From a bacterium (GTDB lineage: Bacteria; Elusimicrobiota; Elusimicrobia; UBA1565; UBA9628): a DNA stretch of 64,000 bases. The notes under the pieces are model-generated. The model was given only the letters and a program-made list of their open reading frames with translations. It did no database searches and was not told the origin of the DNA. Below are positions 26,508-36,301 of this stretch, piece after piece. Location: the NCBI GenBank assembly GCA_021810245.1, contig JAJZJF010000002.1, forward strand, positions 1,594 through 65,593, in the 5' to 3' direction. A program made the position numbers and the translations under genes. The first letter of the stretch is position 1. The number at the start of each line of letters is the position of its first letter.

Positions 26508-27450
26508 AGAAGCATCGAAGGCATTTCTATCGCGCTGCGGGGCGCTCAATCTCGCGGATGGAACGCTCGCCTGGTACGGCCACATCCTCCGGGACCTGAC
26601 GGCCTTTCTGGCCGCGAAAGGAATCCTCCGATTGGGCGCCGTGACGCCCGCGCTGCTGCGGGACTTCCTCGCTTCGCTCAGGCAAAAAGGCCACGCCTCG
26701 GAAACGATCGCGCGAACCTACGGAGCCATCCGCTGTCTGTTTCAGTTCTGGACGAGGGAGGGCTTCCTGGAGAAAAACCCCATGGAATTGGTCGAACGGC
26801 CCAGGCGCGAGCGGGTCCTCATCCGCCCCATGAGCCCCGAGCAGGCCGCGCGGCTTCTGGATCAGCCGGATGGCCGCTCCGTTCACGGCCTCCGGGATCG
26901 CGCGCTCATGATGCTGATGCTGGATTCGGGCCTGCGCGTTTCCGAGGCCCTGTCCTTGGAGGCGAACCGAATCGATTGGATGAACTGCGTCCTGACCGTC
27001 ATGGGCAAGGGTAGGAAGGAGCGCTCGGTCCCGTTTTCGACGCGGACTTGCCAGGCCCTTCTGGAATACGCCCGCGAGCGCGGGAAAAGCTCCGCCAAGT
27101 CTCCGCAATTCTTCCTTGGGCGGACGGGAAAGCCTCTTGATCGCTGCAAGGTTCGCCAGCGCATGAAGCGTTGCGCCCGCCAGGCGGGCATCGAAGGCGT
27201 GCGGGTTTCCCCGCATACTTTGCGCCACACCTTCGCCGTCATGTATGTCCGCAACGGCGGCGACGCCTTCAGCCTCCAGCAAATCCTCGGGCACTCGACG
27301 CTTGAGATGACCCGCCGCTACGTCAACTTCGCCCGCCAGGACGTGGCCGCGCAGCATAGGAAGTTTTCTCCAATGGAAAGCTTGATGGGAAAACCGGTTG
27401 AGGCGATCAGTCCGATGCATTTCGAGTCTGTCCTGGAGGGCGCGCGCTGA
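26497..27450 (+). CDS. Tyrosine recombinase/integrase, island integrase 2 (paralogue of 12978-13946)
   Basis: Start at ATG 26497 (MELEEASKAFL) behind AAGGAGG. The track's 26392 start lies in the upstream gene. Catalytic SGLRVSE, HTLRHTFAV, LGHSTLEMTRRY. Confidence 0.9.
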   Translation: MELEEASKAFLSRCGALNLADGTLAWYGHILRDLTAFLAAKGILRLGAVTPALLRDFLASLRQKGHASETIARTYGAIRCLFQFWTREGFLEKNPMELVERPRRERVLIRPMSPEQAARLLDQPDGRSVHGLRDRALMMLMLDSGLRVSEALSLEANRIDWMNCVLTVMGKGRKERSVPFSTRTCQALLEYARERGKSSAKSPQFFLGRTGKPLDRCKVRQRMKRCARQAGIEGVRVSPHTLRHTFAVMYVRNGGDAFSLQQILGHSTLEMTRRYVNFARQDVAAQHRKFSPMESLMGKPVEAISPMHFESVLEGAR

Positions 27451-27537
27451 CCTTAGCTTCTGCGATTCATGCGCGGGATAAATTGATTTTACCGCGTTTT
27501 CTGTGTACAATACCTCAAGAAAGTTGAGGATATATAC

Positions 27538-28152
27538 ATGGGCAAGTATAACGCCGCTTACGACCGCCTCTATGAGACCGCCGCGGACCAACAGGGCTAC
27601 TTTACCACGAAGCAGGCCATCGCCGCCGGCTACGCCGACAACGTGCACTCGTTTCACGTCAAGGCTGGCAACTGGATTCGGGAGCACAGAGGCATCTATC
27701 GGCTGGCGAAATACCCGCTAGGAGATCATCCCGATATGATGCAGTGGTATCTCTGGTCCCGCGATCGAAACGATGCGCCCCAAGGCGTCTACTCGCACGA
27801 GACGGCGCTCAGCTTCCATGATCTCTCGGATATCAACCCTCCAAAACTGCACATGACCGTGCCGCCGCGATTCCGTCGCGCCGGCGAAATACCAAGGATT
27901 CTCGTTCTCCATCGCGGACTCCTTCACCAGGACGACATCGAGAACGTGCAGGGCTTCAGGATCACCAAACCCCTGCGGACGCTTGCCGATCTTCTTATCG
28001 CCCGGACCATGCAGATGGATCACATGGCGCAAGGGGTAAAGCAGGCATTTCAACGCGGACTCGTTACGCGCTCGCAGCTTGAGAGGGCCGCTCAAATTCC
28101 CGATCCTATCAAGCGGGAGATCGAACAACTAAGGGATCAGCGCCGTGGATAA
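27538..28152 (+). CDS. AbiEi-family antitoxin/transcriptional regulator
   Basis: N-terminal YFTTKQAIAAGYADNVHSFHVKAGNWIREHRGIYRL is the AbiEi_4-type winged helix. Overlaps the downstream AbiEii gene by 8 nt. Confidence 0.75.
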   Translation: MGKYNAAYDRLYETAADQQGYFTTKQAIAAGYADNVHSFHVKAGNWIREHRGIYRLAKYPLGDHPDMMQWYLWSRDRNDAPQGVYSHETALSFHDLSDINPPKLHMTVPPRFRRAGEIPRILVLHRGLLHQDDIENVQGFRITKPLRTLADLLIARTMQMDHMAQGVKQAFQRGLVTRSQLERAAQIPDPIKREIEQLRDQRRG

Positions 28153-29008
28153 GCCAAAAAAATATGCCACCGCCACCGCGTTTCGCCGCGCTCTTGAAGA
28201 CCGGCTTAAACTCATCTCCGGCAAGGAGCGCTTGGCAATTGAACGCGTTCGCCGCGAGGCGGCATTCGATCGGCTGTTGGCGCGGCTCTTTGCCCGCGCC
28301 GACGCGCCATGGGTCCTCAAGGGCGGCTACGCTTTGGAGTTGCGAATGAAGGAAGCTCGCGCCACGCGAGATATTGATTTGGCTCTCCGGCATACTTTGG
28401 GAAAGACAAAAGGCGCCGACCTCAATGACGCGATTCGCAAAACATTGCAGGAGGCGGCTCGTATGGACCTGGGCGACTTCTTCGTGTTTGAATTCGGCGA
28501 GATCACGCAGGACCTTGACGCCGCGCCCTATGGAGGCGCGCGCTTTCCCGTTTTGGCGTCGATGGACGAGCGGATATTCAGCAAGTTCCATCTCGATGTG
28601 GGCGCCGGAGATGTCGTCATGACTCCTCTCGATACGACTCGGGGGCGGGACTGGCTTGGTTTTGCGGGAATCGCCGCGCCGGAATTTCCCACGGTCTCGC
28701 CGGAACAGCATTTCGCCGAGAAAGTCCACGCTTATACGCTCCCTCGTCCATCGCAAAACTCCCGCGTCCGCGACCTTATTGACATGATCCTCTTGATCGA
28801 CTCAAACAAGCTTGATCGGAGAAGGGTCAGCGAGGCGCTGCGGGCGACCTTTGAGCGCCGCCGGACTCACCCGCCGCCATCCTCGTTGGAGCGGCCGCCT
28901 CAATCGTGGAAAGATCCGTTCGCCGCCTTGGCGCGGGAGTGCGGCTGGCCTGTCGAAATCAACGATGCCTTCGACAAAGTCGCGGCGTTTTATGCCGCGT
29001 TGCCCTAG
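28145..29008 (+). CDS. AbiEii/AbiGii-family nucleotidyltransferase toxin
   Basis: WVLKGGYALELRMKEARATRDIDL is the NTase core typical of AbiEii. Size and pairing with AbiEi fit. GTG start. Confidence 0.75.
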   Translation: MDKPKKYATATAFRRALEDRLKLISGKERLAIERVRREAAFDRLLARLFARADAPWVLKGGYALELRMKEARATRDIDLALRHTLGKTKGADLNDAIRKTLQEAARMDLGDFFVFEFGEITQDLDAAPYGGARFPVLASMDERIFSKFHLDVGAGDVVMTPLDTTRGRDWLGFAGIAAPEFPTVSPEQHFAEKVHAYTLPRPSQNSRVRDLIDMILLIDSNKLDRRRVSEALRATFERRRTHPPPSSLERPPQSWKDPFAALARECGWPVEINDAFDKVAAFYAALP

Positions 29009-29104
29009 CATTTGCTATACTATTTTTGGGCCCTAAGGTTAGTCGAACATCTTGGGGTTTCGCGGAAGCTGGACTCGACTGAGAGGTTTTGCTCCTTGAA
29101 TTTG

Positions 29105-29150
29105 AGGCTCATAACCTTGAGGTCGCTGGTTCAAATCCAGCCCCCGCAAC
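29105..29150. repeat. attR: orphan 46-bp copy of the tRNA-Met 3' half
   Basis: Identical to 12822-12867. There is no 5' half of a tRNA upstream. It is followed by G rather than the CA that completes the encoded CCA end at the left copy. Confidence 0.9.
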
Positions 29151-29178
29151 GTTTTTGAAAAGCTCCTCCCTAAAAAAG

Positions 29179-30459
29179 TCAAACCTTTAAAATTTCTTCC
29201 GCCGCGCGAAGGCCGCTATAAAAGGCTCCGGCGACGGTAGAGGCCTCGCCGGAAATGTCGGTCGCTTCTCCGGCGAAAAAAAGGGTTTTTTCGACCGGAC
29301 GCGCCAGTTCTTTCCGGGATGACATCCCACCCACTCCGCAGTAACTATAAGCTCCGCGAGAAAGAGGGTCTAAGCTCCAATCGTGAAAATAAGCCTTAAG
29401 GAGTTTTGATTTTAAAGATTTTGTGTCCAGGCCGAAAACGCCACTTAAACTCTCAAGCCCACGATGAATGAACTCATTTCGGCTTCCGATAGAAAGGGCC
29501 TCTAAACCGCCTAGCCACCCCGTTAGGGTCGGAGAATCTTTCGAAAGCCCGGTCCACCAGATCGGAATATCTGCCCCTTCGAGTTGAAAAAAGCCGGAGA
29601 GATTTCTTGGCGATACATTTCTCCAAAAAGGCTGATTAAAAACAAAAGAAATCCGCGCGGCAAAACCCATCTCTAGTTTTTTTAAGGCTGTTTCCTTGGC
29701 TCTAAGAGGGGGGTAAAAAACAAGAGATCCCGGGGATTTCAAAACTCCCAGCGGCACGGTGATAAGAACGCGTTTGGCCTTAAAGCGCGCTTTTTGAGTC
29801 ACAATCTCGGCCTGAGCCCGAGACCAGCGAATTTGAAGCGCCCTCTGTTTGAGCTGAATTGTTTGCGGAGAAAATGCGGCCGCCAGATTCTCAAGCAAAG
29901 CCCCATAACCTTTCGGCAAGCGATATCCCATCATCCCGGATTCTCCCGCCGCTTCTTGTTGAAACGCCAAATCATTGGCGCTGATTTTATGGATCTCCGA
30001 AGCGTGATAACTGCTCACAAAATGCTCGGCCGCTTCTCTAATCTTGGCGGAAATTTTCATTTCCGCCAAAGCCTGGGCAAAAGAACGGTCTTTTCTTTGA
30101 ACCCTCAGTTGAGAGAGCGCTTGGGAGAGTTCCTTCCATGAGTCCAAATCTCGTTTGAAACCGCCTTGACTCAGGCGCCAGCGAGAGCTTAAAACCGGAA
30201 CGGCTTTCATCCGAAAACGCTTGAGGAGTTCCAAGGTCACGCGGGGCCGTCCATGAATAAATTCCGCGCCGAGTTCAACGGGGGAAGAATTCTCATGCAT
30301 AACGGTCTGAATCCGACCGCCGATTCGAGCGCGGGCTTCGAGGATCAGGCATTTCTTCCCCGCTCGGAGTAAGGTGTCTGCGGCCATAAGCCCCGCCGCG
30401 CCGGCGCCGACAATGATAATTTCCTGTTCGTTATTTAAAGACATTATAGAAAGAGTCAA
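29179..30459 (-). CDS. FAD-dependent amine oxidase-family oxidoreductase
   Basis: Dinucleotide fold IIIVGAGAAGLMAADTL...LEARARIGGR. C-terminal FFAGEAT motif of flavin amine oxidases. Confidence 0.8.
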   Translation of the reverse strand: MTLSIMSLNNEQEIIIVGAGAAGLMAADTLLRAGKKCLILEARARIGGRIQTVMHENSSPVELGAEFIHGRPRVTLELLKRFRMKAVPVLSSRWRLSQGGFKRDLDSWKELSQALSQLRVQRKDRSFAQALAEMKISAKIREAAEHFVSSYHASEIHKISANDLAFQQEAAGESGMMGYRLPKGYGALLENLAAAFSPQTIQLKQRALQIRWSRAQAEIVTQKARFKAKRVLITVPLGVLKSPGSLVFYPPLRAKETALKKLEMGFAARISFVFNQPFWRNVSPRNLSGFFQLEGADIPIWWTGLSKDSPTLTGWLGGLEALSIGSRNEFIHRGLESLSGVFGLDTKSLKSKLLKAYFHDWSLDPLSRGAYSYCGVGGMSSRKELARPVEKTLFFAGEATDISGEASTVAGAFYSGLRAAEEILKV

Positions 30460-31589
30460 ACCCCGCTATCGTCTGACAGAACCAGCAAGGTCAATTCGGC
30501 GGGGACGGCAAAACGCTGGGCCGGCCCCCAATAACCGGTGCCGCAATTGACATAAATCCACAAGTCTCCGTAACGATTGAGCCCGCGATAGAAACGATGG
30601 AAAAAGCCTATCAACAAACTCCATGGAAAAAATTGCCCTCCATGCGTATGCCCCGACAATTGGAGATGAAACCCCGCCGCTTTCGCCTCCGCGTAAACTC
30701 CCGGGCGATGGGCCAATAAAATTTTAAATAAATCCGCCTCTTGGCTAAAGGCGGCTTTTTCAAAGTCCGGGGTATCGGTCTTGTCGAAAAAACGGCTCAT
30801 TTCATCGGGAACTCCGGCGATGAGAAATTGTCCGCCTTTGAAAGAAAGAACGCGATTTTCATTGACCAGAGGGGTCATCCCGTATTCCGCCGCTTTTTGA
30901 ATCCATATCGCCGCGCCCCAAAAATATTCATGGTTTCCAGTGACGTAGAAAACTCCTAAAGGAGCGCGCAATCGATGCAGCGGCTCTAAATGGACAGACA
31001 AAGTCTCCACAGCGCCGTCAAAAATATCGCCAGTCAAGGCTATCAAATCAGGATCAAGGCTTAAAGCCCTTGAGACCGTCTTTTCCACATAGGATCTTCG
31101 AATCGTGGCTCCAACATGCAAATCGCTGATTTGTAAAATCTTAAGACCCTTCAAGAAACCCGGCAAACCCTTGATGGGAATCAAAACGCGGCGAATGTAA
31201 GGCCCCATTAAGGCCTGCCAACTGCCGATTCCGGCGATGACAACCGATGCGGCCAAGAGGCTTAAAATGACTCGGGGCCAGGCAATTTCGGGCAAAAACC
31301 TCCGCGGCAAGGCTAAAATCACGGCGTCTTTGAGCGCGGCAAAGAAAAGAAACGTCACCCAAACGCCGATGCCGATATTAGCCGCCCACGCAAGAAAAAG
31401 GGCCGCGCGAGATTCTGAAAAGAAAGAAAGGCGGTAACTCCACTGCCAGGCAATAAACAAAAAGACGACAAAAAAAGAAACCCCCATCGCCATCCAGGGA
31501 TGCGCCGGAAGAATTTCCGCTAGGTTAACGCCGACATAAAAGGCGATTAAAAAGGCGATAGCGATGATTAAAAAAAATCGTTTTCTCAA
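30456..31589 (-). CDS. Membrane-anchored metallophosphoesterase (YkuE-like)
   Basis: N-terminal TM helices, then ISDLHVG, LTGDIFDG, GNHEYF, GHTHGGQ. Confidence 0.85.
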   Translation of the reverse strand: MRKRFFLIIAIAFLIAFYVGVNLAEILPAHPWMAMGVSFFVVFLFIAWQWSYRLSFFSESRAALFLAWAANIGIGVWVTFLFFAALKDAVILALPRRFLPEIAWPRVILSLLAASVVIAGIGSWQALMGPYIRRVLIPIKGLPGFLKGLKILQISDLHVGATIRRSYVEKTVSRALSLDPDLIALTGDIFDGAVETLSVHLEPLHRLRAPLGVFYVTGNHEYFWGAAIWIQKAAEYGMTPLVNENRVLSFKGGQFLIAGVPDEMSRFFDKTDTPDFEKAAFSQEADLFKILLAHRPGVYAEAKAAGFHLQLSGHTHGGQFFPWSLLIGFFHRFYRGLNRYGDLWIYVNCGTGYWGPAQRFAVPAELTLLVLSDDSGV

Positions 31590-31614
31590 GGCGTTTAAAG
31601 GCCAAAGTTGGCGT

Positions 31615-32247
31615 CTATTTCCGGCGCAAAAGGACCACGTAAATCTTGGCTTGGCGGGGGCCCGCTAAAACTCCATCCCGAAAGTCGAGGAAATCAAAAT
31701 CTTTTGAGAAAACGCTCTCGATTTCTTCGCGGGTAAAGCGATGGGGCCCGGGCCCAGGCGGCTCTTTTTCGGAAAAAGTTCTTAAAAACAGGTGTCCGCC
31801 GTGAATAAGCACTTCTGAAATTTTCCGGGCGTAATCCTCGCGGTCTTCTTTATCCAGAACCTCAAAACAAACGCGGTCGTTGACGAAAGTCGCCGTCCCT
31901 CCGGGAGAAGAAAGCTTAAGCGCGCTCTCAACACGGTAATCGATAGCGACCTCAACCCCCGCTTTTTTGGCGTTTGTCTTGGCTAGTTCTACGGCGGCAG
32001 GAGCGATGTCCAAGGCCAAAACTTTAAATCCCTTTTTCGCTAAAAAAATAGCGTCATGCCCGGGGCCCGTCCCAATATCAATGGCGCGGCCAACCGGAAT
32101 CGTTTGGGATTCGATGAGGCGAACCAGCTCGGGATCCGGTTGCCCCGCATTCCACGGAAGTTCTGATGGCGGAGTTTTCCGGTATACCTCATCCCAACTT
32201 CCATATTTGTCAATGAGGCGAGGCGTCTCTGTTTTTTTAGGGGGCAT
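31615..32247 (-). CDS. Class I SAM-dependent methyltransferase
   Basis: Motif I AIDIGTGPGHDAIFLAKKGFKVLALD. Confidence 0.8.
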   Translation of the reverse strand: MPPKKTETPRLIDKYGSWDEVYRKTPPSELPWNAGQPDPELVRLIESQTIPVGRAIDIGTGPGHDAIFLAKKGFKVLALDIAPAAVELAKTNAKKAGVEVAIDYRVESALKLSSPGGTATFVNDRVCFEVLDKEDREDYARKISEVLIHGGHLFLRTFSEKEPPGPGPHRFTREEIESVFSKDFDFLDFRDGVLAGPRQAKIYVVLLRRK

Positions 32248-32290
32248 ATATCTCTATTTTAGCGAAATAGAAAGCGGAATCAAAAAATTT

Positions 32291-32842
32291 CTAAACAAAT
32301 CTCCACTCTCCCGGCGTTAAACCCGACAAGCGGTAATCCCCCACGCGTACGCGCACCAGGCGCAGGGTTGGATGTCCCACGCTCGCAGTCATTCTCCTCA
32401 CTTGGCGGTTGCGGCCTTCGGTCAAGGTGATTTCAAGCCAGGAAGTTGGAATATGGCGGCGAAAGCGAATCGGGGGGTTTCTTGGCGGCAAATCGGGATC
32501 CGGGATTATCCGAACCGAGGCGGGTTTGGTCTTTCTCTCTTGAAGCAAAACTCCTTTTCTTAGGCGCTCAAGACTTTCTTCGGAAGGGATATTTTCGACT
32601 TGAACCCAGTAAGCGCGGGGATGTTCAAAACGCGGGTCGGTCAAGCGGTGTTGAAATTCGCCGTTGTTGGTCAAAACCAAAAGCCCTTCGCTGTCTAAAT
32701 CAAGCCGCCCCGCCGGATAAACCCCCTTGGGCAGCCCAAAACCGGAGAGACAAGCATGGCCGTCTTCCGGAGTAAACTGGGAAAGAACCCCATATGGTTT
32801 ATAAAACAAAATCGTCTTATCCCTGCGCGAAGAAGATTTCAC
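32291..32842 (-). CDS. RsuA/RluE-family rRNA pseudouridine synthase
   Basis: [10 protein letters not shown] and catalytic [17 protein letters not shown]. Confidence 0.85.
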   Translation of the reverse strand: MKSSSRRDKTILFYKPYGVLSQFTPEDGHACLSGFGLPKGVYPAGRLDLDSEGLLVLTNNGEFQHRLTDPRFEHPRAYWVQVENIPSEESLERLRKGVLLQERKTKPASVRIIPDPDLPPRNPPIRFRRHIPTSWLEITLTEGRNRQVRRMTASVGHPTLRLVRVRVGDYRLSGLTPGEWRFV

Positions 32843-33420
32843 CCTAGGGCCTTTAATATCGCGGCCCTTAAAGCCGCGATCCCGTCTTTATTTTTTGAAT
32901 TAACCCAAAACATTTCTTCCGCCGATATTTGAAAAAATTTAGCGACAGCTTTTTTCTGCGCGAGAGATTGGGAGGGTTTGACTTTGTCGATCTTAGAGGC
33001 CGTAACGCAAAAATCGATCTCTTGGGAGTTGAGCCAAAGAGCCATTTGAGAATCAAGAGGCGTCGGGCCCACCTTGGCGTCAACGACCATCACCACCATT
33101 TGAAGACTGGCTCGGGAGGCGAGATAGCCCTCAATCATGGGCCCCCAGCGTAAAATCTCATCCAAGGGACCCTTGGCAAAGCCGTATCCCGGCAAATCGA
33201 CCAAAAAGCGTCCTTGTCCCGCGTCAAAAATATTAATGCAACGAGTGCGGCCCGGATTTCCAGACACATAAGCGATATCGCGTCCGCACAAGGCGTTAAT
33301 TAAACTGCTTTTCCCCACGTTTGAGCGGCCAACGAAAGCCACCTCGGAAACCGCTTCCACAACGCGCTCAGGCTTAGTTTCGCTGGCCAGATAGCGGCAT
33401 TGAGATAGAGAAGTGAGCAT
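32839..33420 (-). CDS. engB: Ribosome biogenesis GTPase YihA/EngB
   Basis: [22 protein letters not shown] and TKIDK G-motifs, about 190 aa. Confidence 0.9.
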   Translation of the reverse strand: MLTSLSQCRYLASETKPERVVEAVSEVAFVGRSNVGKSSLINALCGRDIAYVSGNPGRTRCINIFDAGQGRFLVDLPGYGFAKGPLDEILRWGPMIEGYLASRASLQMVVMVVDAKVGPTPLDSQMALWLNSQEIDFCVTASKIDKVKPSQSLAQKKAVAKFFQISAEEMFWVNSKNKDGIAALRAAILKALG

Positions 33421-33487
33421 TCTTTCATCATAGCACGCCGCGCTTAAATTTCAAAGCCCGGCGGCCCTAGATTGTTATAATGGATTG

Positions 33488-36301
33488 ATGAATCGCCGAC
33501 TGAAAATACTTCTCACTCTCGCCGCTTTGGCCGCGACTGGGTTTTTGGTCGCCTCAGTTCTGATCGCCTACTTTTTTCCTTACGCGAAATTTCGCGCCGC
33601 TCTTATCGATGAGGCCCAAAACCAGTTTCACCGGCAAATCAAGGTTGGAAAAATCTCCTGGTCATTGGTCAAAGGCCTCACGGTTGATGATTTCGCGATC
33701 TCGGAATCTCCCGATTTTTCCCGCGGAACTTTCGCCCGGCTTCAAAATTCCAACCTACAATTGTCTTGGAAAGAGCTTCTTAATAAAAAAATCGTGGTCT
33801 CGGGAATCACCGTTAAAGCCCTCAGCTTATCCATCAAAAAAACAGGCCCCTCAAGCTATAATTTTTCCGATTTATGGACTTCGTCAAATACGGCCGTTGC
33901 ATCCCCCAATTCTCAGCCCCAAGCTTCCCATGCCGCCCAATGGAAAAGCAGATTTAGGATTCAACAAGTTAAGGTCCTCAACGGGAATGTCAGCTATGAC
34001 GACCCGCTTAATCGCGCGCGGATTATTTTTTCCAATGCCAGTATTTCCGCCTCTCATATTCAAATAAGCCGCCCCTTTTTCTTGTCGCTTAAATCTGATT
34101 TTTCCGCGAAGGCCTCAAGCCAAGCCCAAGAAATTGCCGGAAATTTTGAGTATTCAGGAAGCGTCGAAATTGGAAGCGGGGAGAAAAATTTGCTGGGCCT
34201 TAATTTCACACATTTTGAGCTTCAGAGCGGTTCCTATACCGCCTCTTTATCGGGAAAAATCACGGGCGGAAAAGAAGAGCTGATCTCCGATATCCAAGGC
34301 CATTTGGCTTATTTAAAGCGTTCTATTCTTTTGGCGCATTGGAAAGGAACCGTCCGCGCGCCCTGGAGCTTAGATCAAATTAGCGCAAACGGAAAATTTT
34401 CCCTCAAAACTCCCGCCCTTAAGCCCGAGGAAACTCCCTGGCCTAAAATTCCAGTTTCTAAAATTTCTCCCATCGATATTTCCGGAGACCTTCGCGTTAA
34501 AAACGGAGCAGTTTCAACAACAGAAACCTTGGTTCTATTTTCTTCCTCAAGCCTCAAACTCTCCGGAACTGTCGATCATTTTTCGACCAGCCCCCAGCCG
34601 CATCTAAAGCTTATCTGCTCTATTCAAACTCCTAAACTGACCGGCCAAGACATTTTCTTTGCCTCTCTTCCTCCGAGTCTTCCCATCCCGGCGCTCAAAA
34701 TCGAAGCTCAGGCATCGCTGAACCGCCAGACTCTCCAACTGAGTTCTTCAACCTTTCGCTCCGCTCCGGGAGATGTCGCAATCAAGGGAACCATCGAAAA
34801 TGTTTTTTCAAAAACTCCTCTTCCCAATCTGGATATAACGACGGATCTAAAATTTCCGCGCTTAAGATCCAAAGAGATTACCTGGGCCAAACTTTCAAAA
34901 GAATTAGTCATTCCCGCGACTCATATCGAGACAAAACTCAATCTCACGAAAAACCTGCTCACTTTTTATCAAGCAAAAGTCTCAACTCATTACGGAACCC
35001 TGAGCTTTTCCGGTCCGGTCTCAAATTTCGCCTCGCCAAAGCCCCAGCCGCATCTCATGATTAGCGCCGCCATCAACCTGCCCGCCTTTGAATCCTCGGA
35101 TTTGCCGTTTCATCAATTGCCGCCCGGAATTCGCTTTCCCTCCTCGCGCTGGGACGGAAGCTTTTATCTTGGGCAAAAAAACATACGCGTTAAAGAACTC
35201 GCCGTATCCTTTAAGCGCAACGCCATAGAGCTTTCAAAAAGCGAATTTCTAGGCATCCAAAGCTCTCACCCCACTTTAAAAATTCTAGTCAAGTGCCCCT
35301 CCTTTGACCTTCCGGAATTAACCCCCATTTTCCCAAGCACCCGCAAGCTCAAGCTGATCGGCCATGGTTTCTTTGCCGTAGCGGCCTCTGGGCCAATTAA
35401 AAACCCGATTCTCGAAGGAAAGCTCAAATTTGAAAATTTGGGGATGGGCGACTTAGGTTTTGACCTGTCTCATTTTTCTGGAATTGTATCCTTTAACGAA
35501 GATAGAATTGATGCCCCTGATATCTACGGCACCTTTGACGGTTCCAAAACCCATATAGACCTCACCATCAAAAATTATGCCCAACGCCCCTTTATTGACG
35601 CGGAAATCGATCTTTCCAAATTCAATCTCGATCATTTTTTCGCGGCCAGAGACCGCTTTATCAAAACCATGTCTTCTCTTAAGGAATCTTCAAGCCCGCC
35701 TAAAATCTCTTTAGCGGCGCATAAAAACCCTCGGAGCTCTTCCGCGGTCGATTCCAAGGGAATATTAAACATCGACCAGATGACTCATCCCAAATTTCGC
35801 GCCGACGGCGTCCGCGTCACTTGGAACGTCCAAGGAATTACTCCGGACTTAAAAACCATGACCGGGCATGCTCATATCTTGGCCAATCACGGAAAAATGA
35901 AGGATTTGGGAACCATGGTGGATAAATCCATTTTGATCAAAATATTGGCGTCTCCGCTGATCGCCATCCAAAAAATCACTAGTCTTGGCGGGATCCGGCT
36001 TTTCCCCAATTTCAACAATATCACCTTTCAGGGATTGTCCGGAGATTACAATTTTGCCAATGGCATCATGCTGGTCAATGAAAGCCACGTCTACAGCGAC
36101 GCGGCCAATGTCAGCGCGAAAGGGAAAATCGATATTCCCAGGCAAAACCTAGACATGCATATCATCGCTCAAGTCGCCAACATAGCGCCAATGAAAATTT
36201 CAGTCCAAGGGAAATTCGACAAGCCTAAGGTTCACGTTGATTTAGCGGATCTTTTGCTCGGGCCGGCCAAGGGCCTCATCAACGGAATATTCGGCAAGTA
36301 A
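33488..36301 (+). CDS. AsmA-family outer-membrane biogenesis protein
   Basis: Single N-terminal TM anchor, followed by about 900 aa of repetitive beta-rich sequence. The N-terminal region (KVGKISWSLVKGLTVDDFAISE) resembles AsmA. Confidence 0.6.
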   Translation: MNRRLKILLTLAALAATGFLVASVLIAYFFPYAKFRAALIDEAQNQFHRQIKVGKISWSLVKGLTVDDFAISESPDFSRGTFARLQNSNLQLSWKELLNKKIVVSGITVKALSLSIKKTGPSSYNFSDLWTSSNTAVASPNSQPQASHAAQWKSRFRIQQVKVLNGNVSYDDPLNRARIIFSNASISASHIQISRPFFLSLKSDFSAKASSQAQEIAGNFEYSGSVEIGSGEKNLLGLNFTHFELQSGSYTASLSGKITGGKEELISDIQGHLAYLKRSILLAHWKGTVRAPWSLDQISANGKFSLKTPALKPEETPWPKIPVSKISPIDISGDLRVKNGAVSTTETLVLFSSSSLKLSGTVDHFSTSPQPHLKLICSIQTPKLTGQDIFFASLPPSLPIPALKIEAQASLNRQTLQLSSSTFRSAPGDVAIKGTIENVFSKTPLPNLDITTDLKFPRLRSKEITWAKLSKELVIPATHIETKLNLTKNLLTFYQAKVSTHYGTLSFSGPVSNFASPKPQPHLMISAAINLPAFESSDLPFHQLPPGIRFPSSRWDGSFYLGQKNIRVKELAVSFKRNAIELSKSEFLGIQSSHPTLKILVKCPSFDLPELTPIFPSTRKLKLIGHGFFAVAASGPIKNPILEGKLKFENLGMGDLGFDLSHFSGIVSFNEDRIDAPDIYGTFDGSKTHIDLTIKNYAQRPFIDAEIDLSKFNLDHFFAARDRFIKTMSSLKESSSPPKISLAAHKNPRSSSAVDSKGILNIDQMTHPKFRADGVRVTWNVQGITPDLKTMTGHAHILANHGKMKDLGTMVDKSILIKILASPLIAIQKITSLGGIRLFPNFNNITFQGLSGDYNFANGIMLVNESHVYSDAANVSAKGKIDIPRQNLDMHIIAQVANIAPMKISVQGKFDKPKVHVDLADLLLGPAKGLINGIFGK

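Larger units (their letters stand above)
12868..29150. mobile_element. tRNA-Met-integrated genomic (defence) island, ~16.3 kb, probably two accreted integrative modules
   Basis: Bounded by the 46-bp direct repeat, with an integrase next to the intact tRNA. Cargo is TA, retron, type I R-M, AbiE, an IS remnant and a replication-relaxation gene. Base composition differs visibly between segments. Confidence 0.85.

Noticed and set aside
26527-27687. 386-aa minus-strand ORF, the longest 'extra' ORF in the island
   Set aside because: It lies entirely antisense to integrase 2, which has clear catalytic motifs. The translation is R/G/A/P-rich with no motif. This is a typical shadow ORF of a GC-rich gene.
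28109-28756. 215-aa minus-strand ORF opposite AbiEii (and smaller ones at 27718-28128 and 28802-29011)
   Set aside because: Antisense shadow ORFs in a GC-rich segment, with no motifs and no RBS.
12951-29048. Short shared motif GGCCC(C/T)AAGGTTAGT just inside attL (12951-12966) and just before attR (29029-29044) as possible integrase arm sites
   Set aside because: It is only about 15 nt with a mismatch and I cannot assess significance without computation. Noted but not called.
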